From Oscillospiraceae bacterium (GTDB lineage: Bacteria > Bacillota > Clostridia > Oscillospirales > CAG-272), in NCBI GenBank assembly GCA_015065205.1, contig SVQS01000002.1:1-40618 (forward strand): a stretch of 40,618 nucleotides of DNA, read 5' to 3'. Of the stretch, positions 19,295-26,807 are shown one piece after another. A program made the position numbers and the translations under genes. The notes beneath the pieces are model-generated. The model ran no database searches. It was not told the origin of the DNA and saw only the letters and a program-made list of their open reading frames with translations. Position 1 is the first letter of the stretch. Each line of letters opens with the position of its first letter.

Positions 19295-20014
19295 TTATTT
19301 CAGTGCGGAATTGTTGAGTGTGCTCGCAGGGTCCTTTGCGCGTTCTTCTACTGTTTTATAACCGGGGTGCTTGCCGGGGAGGCCCATTTTAACGCGCAGA
19401 CCCATCAATTCGTACATTTTTTCTTTGGAGATTTCTTCAATTCTGCCAAGCTCCATAGCGTATTTCATGATCTTTGCGTTGAACTCGACTTCTTCCATTG
19501 TAAAGAAAGCACGGGTAAGCGTATTTCCAACGGTGAGAGCACCGTGATTTTTCAGCATAAATGCATCGTGCTCTTGAATGTAGGGCATCAGTGAGTCGGG
19601 AATTTCCATTGTGGAAGGAGTTGCGTATGCACAAGTGGGAACATCACCAATGGTAAGTACTGCTTCGGGAAGGATGTAGCGGTCAAGCGGAATACCTGCA
19701 ACGGTAAATGCGGTTGCAACAGGCGGGTGTGCGTGAACCACAGCATTTACATCGGGACGCTCGCGAAAAACACGAAGATGCATTTTTATCTCTGAGGAAG
19801 GATTGAGTGTTCCTTCGAGCTTATTTCCTTCTGCGTCGATCTTGATGATCATATCAGGCGTTAAAGAACCTTTGGAAACTCCGGTTGGAGTGCAATAAAA
19901 CTCGTTATCATTGAGTTTAACAGAAATATTGCCATCATTTGCGGCAACAAAGCCGTGGTTATAAAGGCGGTGGCCAACCTCGCAAATTTCTTGTTTGATT
20001 TGTTCTGCAGTCAT
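19295..20014 (-). CDS. Class II aldolase (rhamnulose-1-phosphate / fuculose-phosphate aldolase family)
   Basis: 239 aa from MTAEQIKQE (GGAGA RBS). Metal-binding VVHAHPP motif. Operonic with rhaA, so rhamnulose-1-P aldolase is the likely role (inference). Confidence 0.7.
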   Translation of the reverse strand: MTAEQIKQEICEVGHRLYNHGFVAANDGNISVKLNDNEFYCTPTGVSKGSLTPDMIIKIDAEGNKLEGTLNPSSEIKMHLRVFRERPDVNAVVHAHPPVATAFTVAGIPLDRYILPEAVLTIGDVPTCAYATPSTMEIPDSLMPYIQEHDAFMLKNHGALTVGNTLTRAFFTMEEVEFNAKIMKYAMELGRIEEISKEKMYELMGLRVKMGLPGKHPGYKTVEERAKDPASTLNNSALK

Positions 20015-20048
20015 AGTCGATCTCCTAAACTGAATATTTTCGCCTAAT

Positions 20049-20077
20049 ATTATACTACACTTTCTCCCAAAAGTCAA
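20049..20077 (-). promoter_or_regulatory. Near-consensus sigma-A promoter for the aldolase-rhaA operon
   Basis: On the minus strand: TTGACT (20077-20072), 17 nt spacer, TATAAT (20054-20049). Confidence 0.6.
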
Positions 20078-20149
20078 CACGATAGAGGACTAAAAAAACC
20101 GCAAATTGGGATTGGAAAAAGAAATGAATAAAACGCGAACGAATAAATA

Positions 20150-20224
20150 TGCATATTCAACAAAATATTTTGCTGAATATTGGTAAAAATGCATCTTTAA
20201 AAGTAGATAAAAAAATGTTATAAT
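20150..20224 (+). promoter_or_regulatory. Promoter plus conserved upstream element of paralog 1
   Basis: TTTAAA (20196-20201), 17 nt spacer, TGTTATAAT (-10 at 20219-20224). The 33-nt block 20170-20202 matches 22493-22525 at 31/33. Two TGCAT motifs (20150, 20190) lie exactly 40 bp apart, as upstream of paralog 2. Confidence 0.5.
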
Positions 20225-20260
20225 GTACTTACCATACTTATTTATGAAAGGGGTTTTCTT

Positions 20261-22360
20261 ATGAAAAAGAAACTGACACGCATTTTGGCAGCTCTCTTGA
20301 TTGCCATGATGCTCATTCCCACACTTGCAACCTTCGCAGTAAACGCTGAAGGCGAAACCGGAGAGACCGGAGAAACAGGCGAAACCGGTGAAACCGGAGA
20401 AACCACTGAGACAATTGATATTAGCGACATTGTGAATGTTTACGAGTTGAACAAACTGAATGCTGCTCCTAACACAGAGAAGGTGGCCGGTGCTAAAGAC
20501 AAAGAACCAACCGATGAAGAGGGAATGCTGGCAAGCAAACCATTTACGGTTACAGCTGACGGTGATAGATACATTTATGTCGGCCCCTGTGCCGATCCTG
20601 AAAAGTTTGGTTTGAACGACCTTATCATGTATTGGTACAAAAAGGACGGATCCTACTATGGTGCTAAAGGTATTTACGAATTGAAGGGTGACGTAGCAGA
20701 TGGTGGTAACGTTGTCGACAGATTTGAGGATGGATCGGTCATTTTGAGAATTAAAGTAAATCAAAAATCCTACCAAAAATTTGCTGCTATTAAAGTTCCC
20801 ACCACATATGCTGATTTTATGCTTATAAGCGTTGAGCGCGCCTTTACGGTTGAAGAGTACTATGCATATGCGGATGCACAAGGCTGGGAACTTGGCGGTA
20901 CAGCTTTGCGTCCTCTCGATCCGGTTGTTGAAGACGAAGCGCCCGAAGACTATGAAGGCCTTTGGAATTTCTTCCCGCTTGAAGAAGATTTTGTAGCCCC
21001 CTCCACCCAAAAAGAAGCCACCAATAGGTATAAGATTTCAAAATACATTCCTGTAACTGAGGGTGATATTGTTAGAATTGGTGCAGTTAGTACAAAAGAA
21101 ACACATCACATTATTTACGCCTACAGTGATGAAAAGATTCCCGGCGAAAACACTGAGGGACCTGTTGTTTACGAATACAAAGAAACCCAAAAGTATAAAA
21201 AGGGTGACTATGGTGTGGATTTTGTAGAAAACATTGGCTATGATTGTGCTATTCATTCCTACACCGTTCCAGAGGGTGTTTCCTTTATCAAAGTTGTAGC
21301 TCCCGAAAGCCTTTACGGAAGCGGGGATATTTTAGTAACCAAAAACCAGCCCTTTAATGCTACATCACTTCGTACTGCCCTTGATATTCCCGAGCTTTCT
21401 GCACAAGCAAAAGCACACGATTTCTATGGCAAAACAGCACTCTTTGTAGGTGACTCCATACTTTACGGTGAATATGATACTCCCAATTCCTTCCGTAGTC
21501 CTTATACATCCTTTGCAAGACGTTTTGCTCTTGCTACCGGTTTGATTCCTACCGTTTATTCCGCTAACGGTGCAACCATTGGTAAGGTAGTTGGCAAACC
21601 CAACATTAAGCAAACATCCGACCTCATAAGAACTCTTTCCGCTAAAAAACAGTATGATATGGTTATTTTCCAAGGCGGCATCAACGATGCACGTCAAGGT
21701 CTCGCTGTTGGTGAAATTCTCTCCGTAGATACCGCGCGCGAGATTTTGGCTGAACCTGAACGTTTAGAAACCTTTGCAGGTGGCTTGCAATTGATGTTCT
21801 ACGATGCACTCAACAAATGGACAGAGGCAGAGTTCTACTATATTGCAGACTACAAAGTAACATCTGATGCTGTGAATGGTAAAGACATGAGTACATACTA
21901 TGCACAAGCTAAAGCTCTTTGCGAAATCTACGGTATTCACTACATCGACCTTTACGGTGATACAGCACTCTATACAAGCTTCGACTATAATAACGCCGAA
22001 CTCTTTGCTGACGATAAGTTCACGCCCTTAGCATCTACTTATGATTTGTTGTTCCCGACACTCCTTAGTCTGTTTGATAAATCTTTGAGCGAAGAGTTGA
22101 CCAATCCTTTTGCCGGTACTGATGAACTTGCGCCTCCTCCTGTTGCCGAACCCGAGGGCCTTGATATTGGCATCATTATTGCCATTGTTGCGGCAGGTGT
22201 AGTTGTTCTTGCCGGTGGCGGTTTTGCGCTGTACTGGTTTGTAATCAGAAAGAAAAAGGTAGCAAAACCTGCTAATGTCGAAGCGGAAGCTCCTGCTTCT
22301 GAACCCGAAGCAACAACTACCGAAGAATCCACTTCCGATGAAGTTAAAAAAGACGAATAA
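20261..22360 (+). CDS. Secreted multidomain protein, paralog 1: signal peptide, (GET)6 repeat, two unassigned N-terminal modules, SGNH/GDSL-hydrolase-like domain (His of DxxH replaced by Thr), C-terminal TM anchor and acidic tail
   Basis: Signal peptide ending AVNA/EG. SGNH blocks ALFVGDSILYG, ANGATIGK, FQGGINDA. Block V reads DDKFTP (no His). TM helix IGIIIAIVAAGVVVLAGGGFALYWFVI then RKKK (22166-22258). Clear paralogy with the next two genes. Confidence 0.8.
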   Translation: MKKKLTRILAALLIAMMLIPTLATFAVNAEGETGETGETGETGETGETTETIDISDIVNVYELNKLNAAPNTEKVAGAKDKEPTDEEGMLASKPFTVTADGDRYIYVGPCADPEKFGLNDLIMYWYKKDGSYYGAKGIYELKGDVADGGNVVDRFEDGSVILRIKVNQKSYQKFAAIKVPTTYADFMLISVERAFTVEEYYAYADAQGWELGGTALRPLDPVVEDEAPEDYEGLWNFFPLEEDFVAPSTQKEATNRYKISKYIPVTEGDIVRIGAVSTKETHHIIYAYSDEKIPGENTEGPVVYEYKETQKYKKGDYGVDFVENIGYDCAIHSYTVPEGVSFIKVVAPESLYGSGDILVTKNQPFNATSLRTALDIPELSAQAKAHDFYGKTALFVGDSILYGEYDTPNSFRSPYTSFARRFALATGLIPTVYSANGATIGKVVGKPNIKQTSDLIRTLSAKKQYDMVIFQGGINDARQGLAVGEILSVDTAREILAEPERLETFAGGLQLMFYDALNKWTEAEFYYIADYKVTSDAVNGKDMSTYYAQAKALCEIYGIHYIDLYGDTALYTSFDYNNAELFADDKFTPLASTYDLLFPTLLSLFDKSLSEELTNPFAGTDELAPPPVAEPEGLDIGIIIAIVAAGVVVLAGGGFALYWFVIRKKKVAKPANVEAEAPASEPEATTTEESTSDEVKKDE
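20351..20413 (+). repeat. In-frame 9-bp tandem repeat encoding six GET triplets followed by TET
   Basis: ggcgaaacc ggagagacc ggagaaaca ggcgaaacc ggtgaaacc ggagaaacc actgagaca. Imperfect at synonymous positions. Confidence 0.9.
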
Positions 22361-22371
22361 ATCTTAAACAA

Positions 22372-22412
22372 CAAGGGACGGTAAGACCAAGGTTTTACCG
22401 TCCCTTGTTTTA
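22372..22412 (+). terminator. Rho-independent terminator after paralog 1
   Basis: CAAGGGACGGTAA-loop(gaccaaggtt)-TTACCGTCCCTTG then TTTT. Homologous to the terminator at 26741-26780. Confidence 0.8.
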
Positions 22413-22472
22413 CAACCTCGATTTTCAAAATTCTGATTTTGCTTAGAAAAGGCGAGGGAAGCGTATGCAATG

Positions 22473-22547
22473 TGCATTTTGTTCAAAAAAAGTTGTTGAA
22501 AATTGGTAAAAATGCATCTTTAAAAAAATATGCTAAAGTGTTATAAT
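22473..22547 (+). promoter_or_regulatory. Promoter plus conserved upstream element of paralogs 2-3
   Basis: TTTAAA (22519-22524), 17 nt spacer, TGTTATAAT (-10 at 22542-22547). ATTGGTAAAAATGCATCTTTAAAA (22502-22525) is identical to 20179-20202. TGCAT at 22473 and 22513 (40 bp apart). Confidence 0.5.
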
Positions 22548-22584
22548 GTTTATATATTATTTTCTTGAAGAAAGGGGTTTTCTT

Positions 22585-24669
22585 ATGAAGAAAAAACTGG
22601 CACGCCTGCTGGCTGTTATATTGATTGCTATGATGCTCATTCCCACACTTGCAACTCTTGCAGTAACCGCTGATGAGGGGGCTAACGAAACAATTAACAT
22701 TGACGATATTAAAAATGCTTATACGTTAAGAGCCCTTGACGCCGCCCCCAGCGTGGAAACAAAAGACGGCGAACCAACTTATGAAAAAGGAATGCTGGCA
22801 AGCGATCCCTTTGCGGTTACAAGAGATGGTGATAAATACATTTACGTAGGTCCTTGTCCCGAACCTACAGATGCCAATTACAACAACCTTGTTCTGTATT
22901 GGTACAAAAAGAACGGTGATTACTATGGAGCTAAGAAAATGGGGGAATTACAAGGCGACGTAGCCGATGGCGGTAACATTGTTGATAGATTCCCGGATGG
23001 TTCTGTTATTTTGAGAATTAAGATCTCCAATGCAACCAACCATAAGTTTGCAGCCATCAAAGTTCCCACAACTTTTGCCGATTATATGCTCGTAACCGTT
23101 GAACGGTCCTTCACAAAGGATGATTATTATGCTTATGCCGATGCCCAAGGTTGGGATATCGAAAGCGTAGGTCTTCGCCCCGCAATGGCTGATGAAGCCC
23201 CCGATGACTATGAAGGTCTTTGGAATCTCTTCCCCCGCTTGACCGACCGTGATCCGTTGCTCCGTCAACACCAAAACACTACCTACGTTGACTCCGAGTT
23301 CATTCCCGTTGTCGAAGGTGATGTTATTACGATGGGTGCAATCGATATGAATGCCAATAAAGACATCCTGATTACATACGATGCTAAATTGACCAAGGTA
23401 AAAAGCTACCGGCATACCAATATAAGTTTTGAGCTCGAAGAAGAACTTGAATATGACTTTGGAATCTATTCCTTTATCGTTCCGGAAGGTATTTCTTACA
23501 TCAAAGCATCCGTTCACAGTGGTATCTATAATGATGGAGATATTCTGGTAACCAGAAACCAACCCTTTACAGGTTCAGAACTTCGTGAAGCACTCGAAAT
23601 CGCTGAGCTTTCTGAAGAAGCAAAGACACACGCTTTTTACGGTAAAGAAGCACTCTTTGTGGGTGACTCTATCAGTTATGGTTCTTACGATACACCTCCC
23701 ACGTATCGCAATCCCTCTGCATCTTGGGCAAGACGCTTGGCGCTGACCACTGGTCTTATTCCTACCAATGTTTCTTATCCCGGCGCAAGCGTTGGTAAAA
23801 CCGGCTTGAGCAATGTTAAGTGGGAATATGACCTCTTGAAGTCGGAGCTCGCTTCCGCGAAGAGTTATGATATGATAGTTTTCCACGGTGGCGTTAATGA
23901 TGCACGTCAAAATGTATCTGTTGGCACAGCACTTCCGTCCGACACTGACCGCAAGGTTTTGGTTGAAGAGAACCGTTTGGCTACCTTTGCAGGTGGTTTG
24001 CAGTTGATGTTCCATGACGCTAAAGAAAAGTGGCCTGAGGCTGAATTCTACTTTGTTGCAAACTTTAAGCTGGTTTCCGACAGCGTAAGGGGCAAGGATA
24101 TGAGCGAATACTTTGCTCAAGCAAAGATTCTTTGCGCCGAATACGGTGTTCACTACATCGACCTCTACAACGATGTTGCGCTTTATGAGACCTTTGATTA
24201 TGAGAGTAACGAGTTCCTTCCCGACTTGATTCACCCCGTAAGCACTGCCTACGATATCCTGTTCCCAACAATCCTCCGTTTGTTTAACGAAACTCTTGAG
24301 AACAAGGACGATCCGGTCATTCCTGATACTCCCGAGGTAACTACTCCAGAGGAGACCACTCCTGAGGAAACTCCCCCCGAAGAGACAACTCCAGAGGTAA
24401 CTACTCCTGAAGATACCACTCCCGAAGAAACTACTCCAGAGGAGACCACTCCTGAGGAAACTATCCCGGAAGAAACTACTCCTGAGGAAACTACGACTCC
24501 CGAGGAATCTGCCACTCCGGACACAGATAAAACCCCTGAAGAAGAGGAGCACGTTTGCAAAGAAGTAAGCGGATGGAAAGCTTTTTGGAATAGCATTATG
24601 AATTTCTTCCGCAGATTGTTCGGTCAACCCGAGCTTTGCAAGTGCGGCGAAACTATTATGAAAAAGTAA
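22585..24669 (+). CDS. Secreted multidomain protein, paralog 2: signal peptide, two unassigned N-terminal modules, SGNH/GDSL hydrolase with complete Ser/Gly/Asn/Asp-His blocks, (TPEET)n linker, conserved Cys-flanked amphipathic C-terminal tail
   Basis: Start at MKKKLARLL with the RBS GAAAGGGG shared with paralog 1; the ORF-track start 22546 lies in the -10 box. ALFVGDSISYG, YPGASVGK, FHGGVNDA, PDLIHP (His550 at 24232-24234). Tail CKEVSGWKAFWNSIMNFFRRLFGQPELCKCGETIMKK. Confidence 0.8.
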   Translation: MKKKLARLLAVILIAMMLIPTLATLAVTADEGANETINIDDIKNAYTLRALDAAPSVETKDGEPTYEKGMLASDPFAVTRDGDKYIYVGPCPEPTDANYNNLVLYWYKKNGDYYGAKKMGELQGDVADGGNIVDRFPDGSVILRIKISNATNHKFAAIKVPTTFADYMLVTVERSFTKDDYYAYADAQGWDIESVGLRPAMADEAPDDYEGLWNLFPRLTDRDPLLRQHQNTTYVDSEFIPVVEGDVITMGAIDMNANKDILITYDAKLTKVKSYRHTNISFELEEELEYDFGIYSFIVPEGISYIKASVHSGIYNDGDILVTRNQPFTGSELREALEIAELSEEAKTHAFYGKEALFVGDSISYGSYDTPPTYRNPSASWARRLALTTGLIPTNVSYPGASVGKTGLSNVKWEYDLLKSELASAKSYDMIVFHGGVNDARQNVSVGTALPSDTDRKVLVEENRLATFAGGLQLMFHDAKEKWPEAEFYFVANFKLVSDSVRGKDMSEYFAQAKILCAEYGVHYIDLYNDVALYETFDYESNEFLPDLIHPVSTAYDILFPTILRLFNETLENKDDPVIPDTPEVTTPEETTPEETPPEETTPEVTTPEDTTPEETTPEETTPEETIPEETTPEETTTPEESATPDTDKTPEEEEHVCKEVSGWKAFWNSIMNFFRRLFGQPELCKCGETIMKK
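24322..24549 (+). repeat. In-frame Thr/Pro/Glu-rich pentapeptide repeat linker (TPEET-like units)
   Basis: PDTPEVTTPEETTPEETPPEETTPEVTTPEDTTPEETTPEETTPEETIPEETTPEETTTPEE... Contains a perfect 34-nt direct repeat (24339-24372 and 24429-24462). Confidence 0.9.
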
Positions 24670-24712
24670 TTTTTGGTACACTATATATGATATTTAAGAA
24701 AGGGGATTTCTT

Positions 24713-26725
24713 ATGAGAAAAAATCTTACCCGTGTCCTGTCAGCTTTGCTGATTGCTATGATGCTCATTCCCGCGTTCGCTTCTCTGGCCGTTAGCGCAG
24801 AAGAGGGAACAGGCTCAACAATCGACATCAGTGACATTGAAAATCTCTACAAACTGAAAAAACTTGACGCTGCTCCCAGTATGGAAAAAGTAGCCGGTGC
24901 CAAAGATGGTGAACCTACCGAAGAAAATGGAATGTTGGCAAGCGAATCTTTTGCTGTTACAAGAACTGGTGATAACTATATTTACGTTGGTCCTTGTCCT
25001 GACCCTCGTATTGAAGCGAATTGGAAGGCGCTTGATTTTATCGTTTATTGGTATAACAAAGACGGTAAATACACCGCTCAAAAAAAATTTATGGAGTTAG
25101 GCAATCCTGATTCAAGTGGTACATCCTATCCTAATATCGTTGACGAATTCCCGGATGGATCTGTTATTCTGAAAATTAAAAGCAGTTCCACTTATAAATT
25201 TGCAGCCTTGAAGCTCCCCACAACTTACTCTAATTGTATTCTTGCAACCTCCGAACGTCCTTTTACAGTGGAAGAGTACTATGCATACGCAGATAAAGAA
25301 GGTTGGCCGATTGACGGTACACTGCGCCCCATCCCTCCCGCAACAGCAGATCCGGCTCCCGAAGGTTATGAGGGACTTTGGAATCTCTTCCCGAGATCGG
25401 GTGAATACGATGCAACGCTCACACAACAAAATGCTGTTAATGAGTACCAATTGTCCAAATATATCCCCGTAAGTGAGGGCGACGTCATCACTATGGGTGC
25501 TATCAAATCCAAAGAGACAAGAAGTATTCTGTACACTTACAGTGATGAATTGTTGATTTCTGATTATAGAGAAATCAGACAGTATCAGAGAACCGATTTT
25601 GGTATCAATTTGGTGGAAAACCTTGGAGAGGATTTTGCAATCTATTCATTTGAAATCCCTCAAGGTGTATCGTATGTAAGAGTTCGCACTCGCCTTGGTG
25701 TTTACAATAACGGTGATACTTTTGTTACCAAAAATCAACCTTTTACCGGTGCAGAAATGCGCGCAGCTCTTGCTATCCCCGAGCTTTCCGAGGAAGCAAA
25801 GGCACATCCTTTTTACGGTAAAAAGGCACTCTTTGTAGGTGATTCTATCAGCTACGGTTCGTACGATACACCTTTGGCATATAGTATTCCTTCCACATCC
25901 TTTGCAAGACGTCTTGCTCTTGCTACCGGTCTTATTCCTACCAACATTTCTTACCCGGGAGTAACTGTTGGAAAAACCAAATCGGGCAACGCAGTAACCG
26001 AATACGATTTGTTAAAGACAGTACTTATCACCAAAAAGAGCTACGATATAATCGTTTTCCAAGGTGGCATCAATGATGCTCTTAAAAACGTTCCGGTTGG
26101 CGAAGCACTTGCAGCCGATACTGACCGCAAGGTTTTGCTCGAGAATGATCGTTTGGCTACTTTTGCAGGCGGCTTACAATTGATGTTCCACGATGCAAAA
26201 ATCAAGTGGCAGAATGCTGAACTTTATTACATTGCCAACTACAAGGTAACTGACGCTGCTACAAACGGCAAGGGTATGGCTGAGTATTATGCACAGGCAA
26301 AAGCACTCTGTGAAGCATACGGCGTTCATTACATTGATCTTTACAATGATACTGAACTTTACAAAACATTTGACTATACAAACGCTGAACTCTTTGCAGA
26401 AGATCTCTTTACCCCCACAAGTGCGGCATATGATCTTTTGTTCCCAACGGTTTTACGTTTGTTTAATGAAACGCTCAAGAGCAGTGAAGTTGTCGTTGAG
26501 CAAACCGCTTCCGCAGAGGCCGCCCCCATTCAAACTGCTCCCGTAAAGATGTCCGCAAAGCAACCCGTAGTTGCTGAAGCAAATGGTAATACCGATGAAG
26601 CAAATAATTGCCAAGAAGTTAGCGGTTGGAAAACGTTTTGGAATTCCATTGCAAATTTCTTCCGCAGATTATTCGGCCAATGTGAAATTTGTGTTTGCGG
26701 CGAAGCAATTACAAAAGTAAAATAA
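24713..26725 (+). CDS. Secreted multidomain protein, paralog 3: same architecture, SGNH-like domain with His replaced by Thr, non-repetitive linker, conserved Cys-flanked amphipathic C-terminal tail
   Basis: Only 43 bp after paralog 2 with no terminator, so probably co-transcribed. ALFVGDSISYG, YPGVTVGK, FQGGINDA. Block V reads EDLFTP (Thr at 26411-26413). Tail CQEVSGWKTFWNSIANFFRRLFGQCEICVCGEAITKVK. Confidence 0.8.
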   Translation: MRKNLTRVLSALLIAMMLIPAFASLAVSAEEGTGSTIDISDIENLYKLKKLDAAPSMEKVAGAKDGEPTEENGMLASESFAVTRTGDNYIYVGPCPDPRIEANWKALDFIVYWYNKDGKYTAQKKFMELGNPDSSGTSYPNIVDEFPDGSVILKIKSSSTYKFAALKLPTTYSNCILATSERPFTVEEYYAYADKEGWPIDGTLRPIPPATADPAPEGYEGLWNLFPRSGEYDATLTQQNAVNEYQLSKYIPVSEGDVITMGAIKSKETRSILYTYSDELLISDYREIRQYQRTDFGINLVENLGEDFAIYSFEIPQGVSYVRVRTRLGVYNNGDTFVTKNQPFTGAEMRAALAIPELSEEAKAHPFYGKKALFVGDSISYGSYDTPLAYSIPSTSFARRLALATGLIPTNISYPGVTVGKTKSGNAVTEYDLLKTVLITKKSYDIIVFQGGINDALKNVPVGEALAADTDRKVLLENDRLATFAGGLQLMFHDAKIKWQNAELYYIANYKVTDAATNGKGMAEYYAQAKALCEAYGVHYIDLYNDTELYKTFDYTNAELFAEDLFTPTSAAYDLLFPTVLRLFNETLKSSEVVVEQTASAEAAPIQTAPVKMSAKQPVVAEANGNTDEANNCQEVSGWKTFWNSIANFFRRLFGQCEICVCGEAITKVK

Positions 26726-26740
26726 AGCATAACAATTATA

Positions 26741-26780
26741 AAGAACGGCAAAGCCAAGGTTTTGCCGTTCTTTATTTTTG
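26741..26780 (+). terminator. Rho-independent terminator after paralog 3
   Basis: AAGAACGGCAAA-gccaagg-TTTTGCCGTTCTT then TATTTTT. Confidence 0.85.
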
Positions 26781-26807
26781 AATTAAGAAGGGGAAGTAGT
26801 TAACTAT

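Noticed and set aside
20244-20264. 6-codon uORF (MKGVFL) overlapping the start of paralog 1
   Set aside because: It has no RBS of its own. The AAAGGGG inside it is the RBS of the main gene, and the ATG is not conserved upstream of paralogs 2 and 3.
20090-21010. 306-aa antisense ORF overlapping the promoter and 5' third of paralog 1
   Set aside because: It is antisense to a gene supported by three-way paralogy. It runs through the promoter and intergenic region and has no RBS.
22361-22472. Possible small gene or sRNA between paralog 1 and the paralog 2 promoter
   Set aside because: Beyond the terminator hairpin I saw no ORF with an RBS, no promoter and no further secondary structure.
20351-24549. 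Short tandem repeats that might suggest a CRISPR array or non-coding satellite
   Set aside because: The repeats are in-frame 9-bp and 15-bp coding units inside long ORFs. They have no spacers of unique sequence and no cas genes.
23575-24681. 368-aa antisense ORF opposite paralog 2, plus the 115-aa Ser/Gly/Val-rich ORF at 24249-24596
   Set aside because: These are mirror images of the sense-strand coding sequence and of the TPEET repeat; the reverse complement of Thr/Pro/Glu codons gives S/G/V/F runs. Neither is an independent gene.
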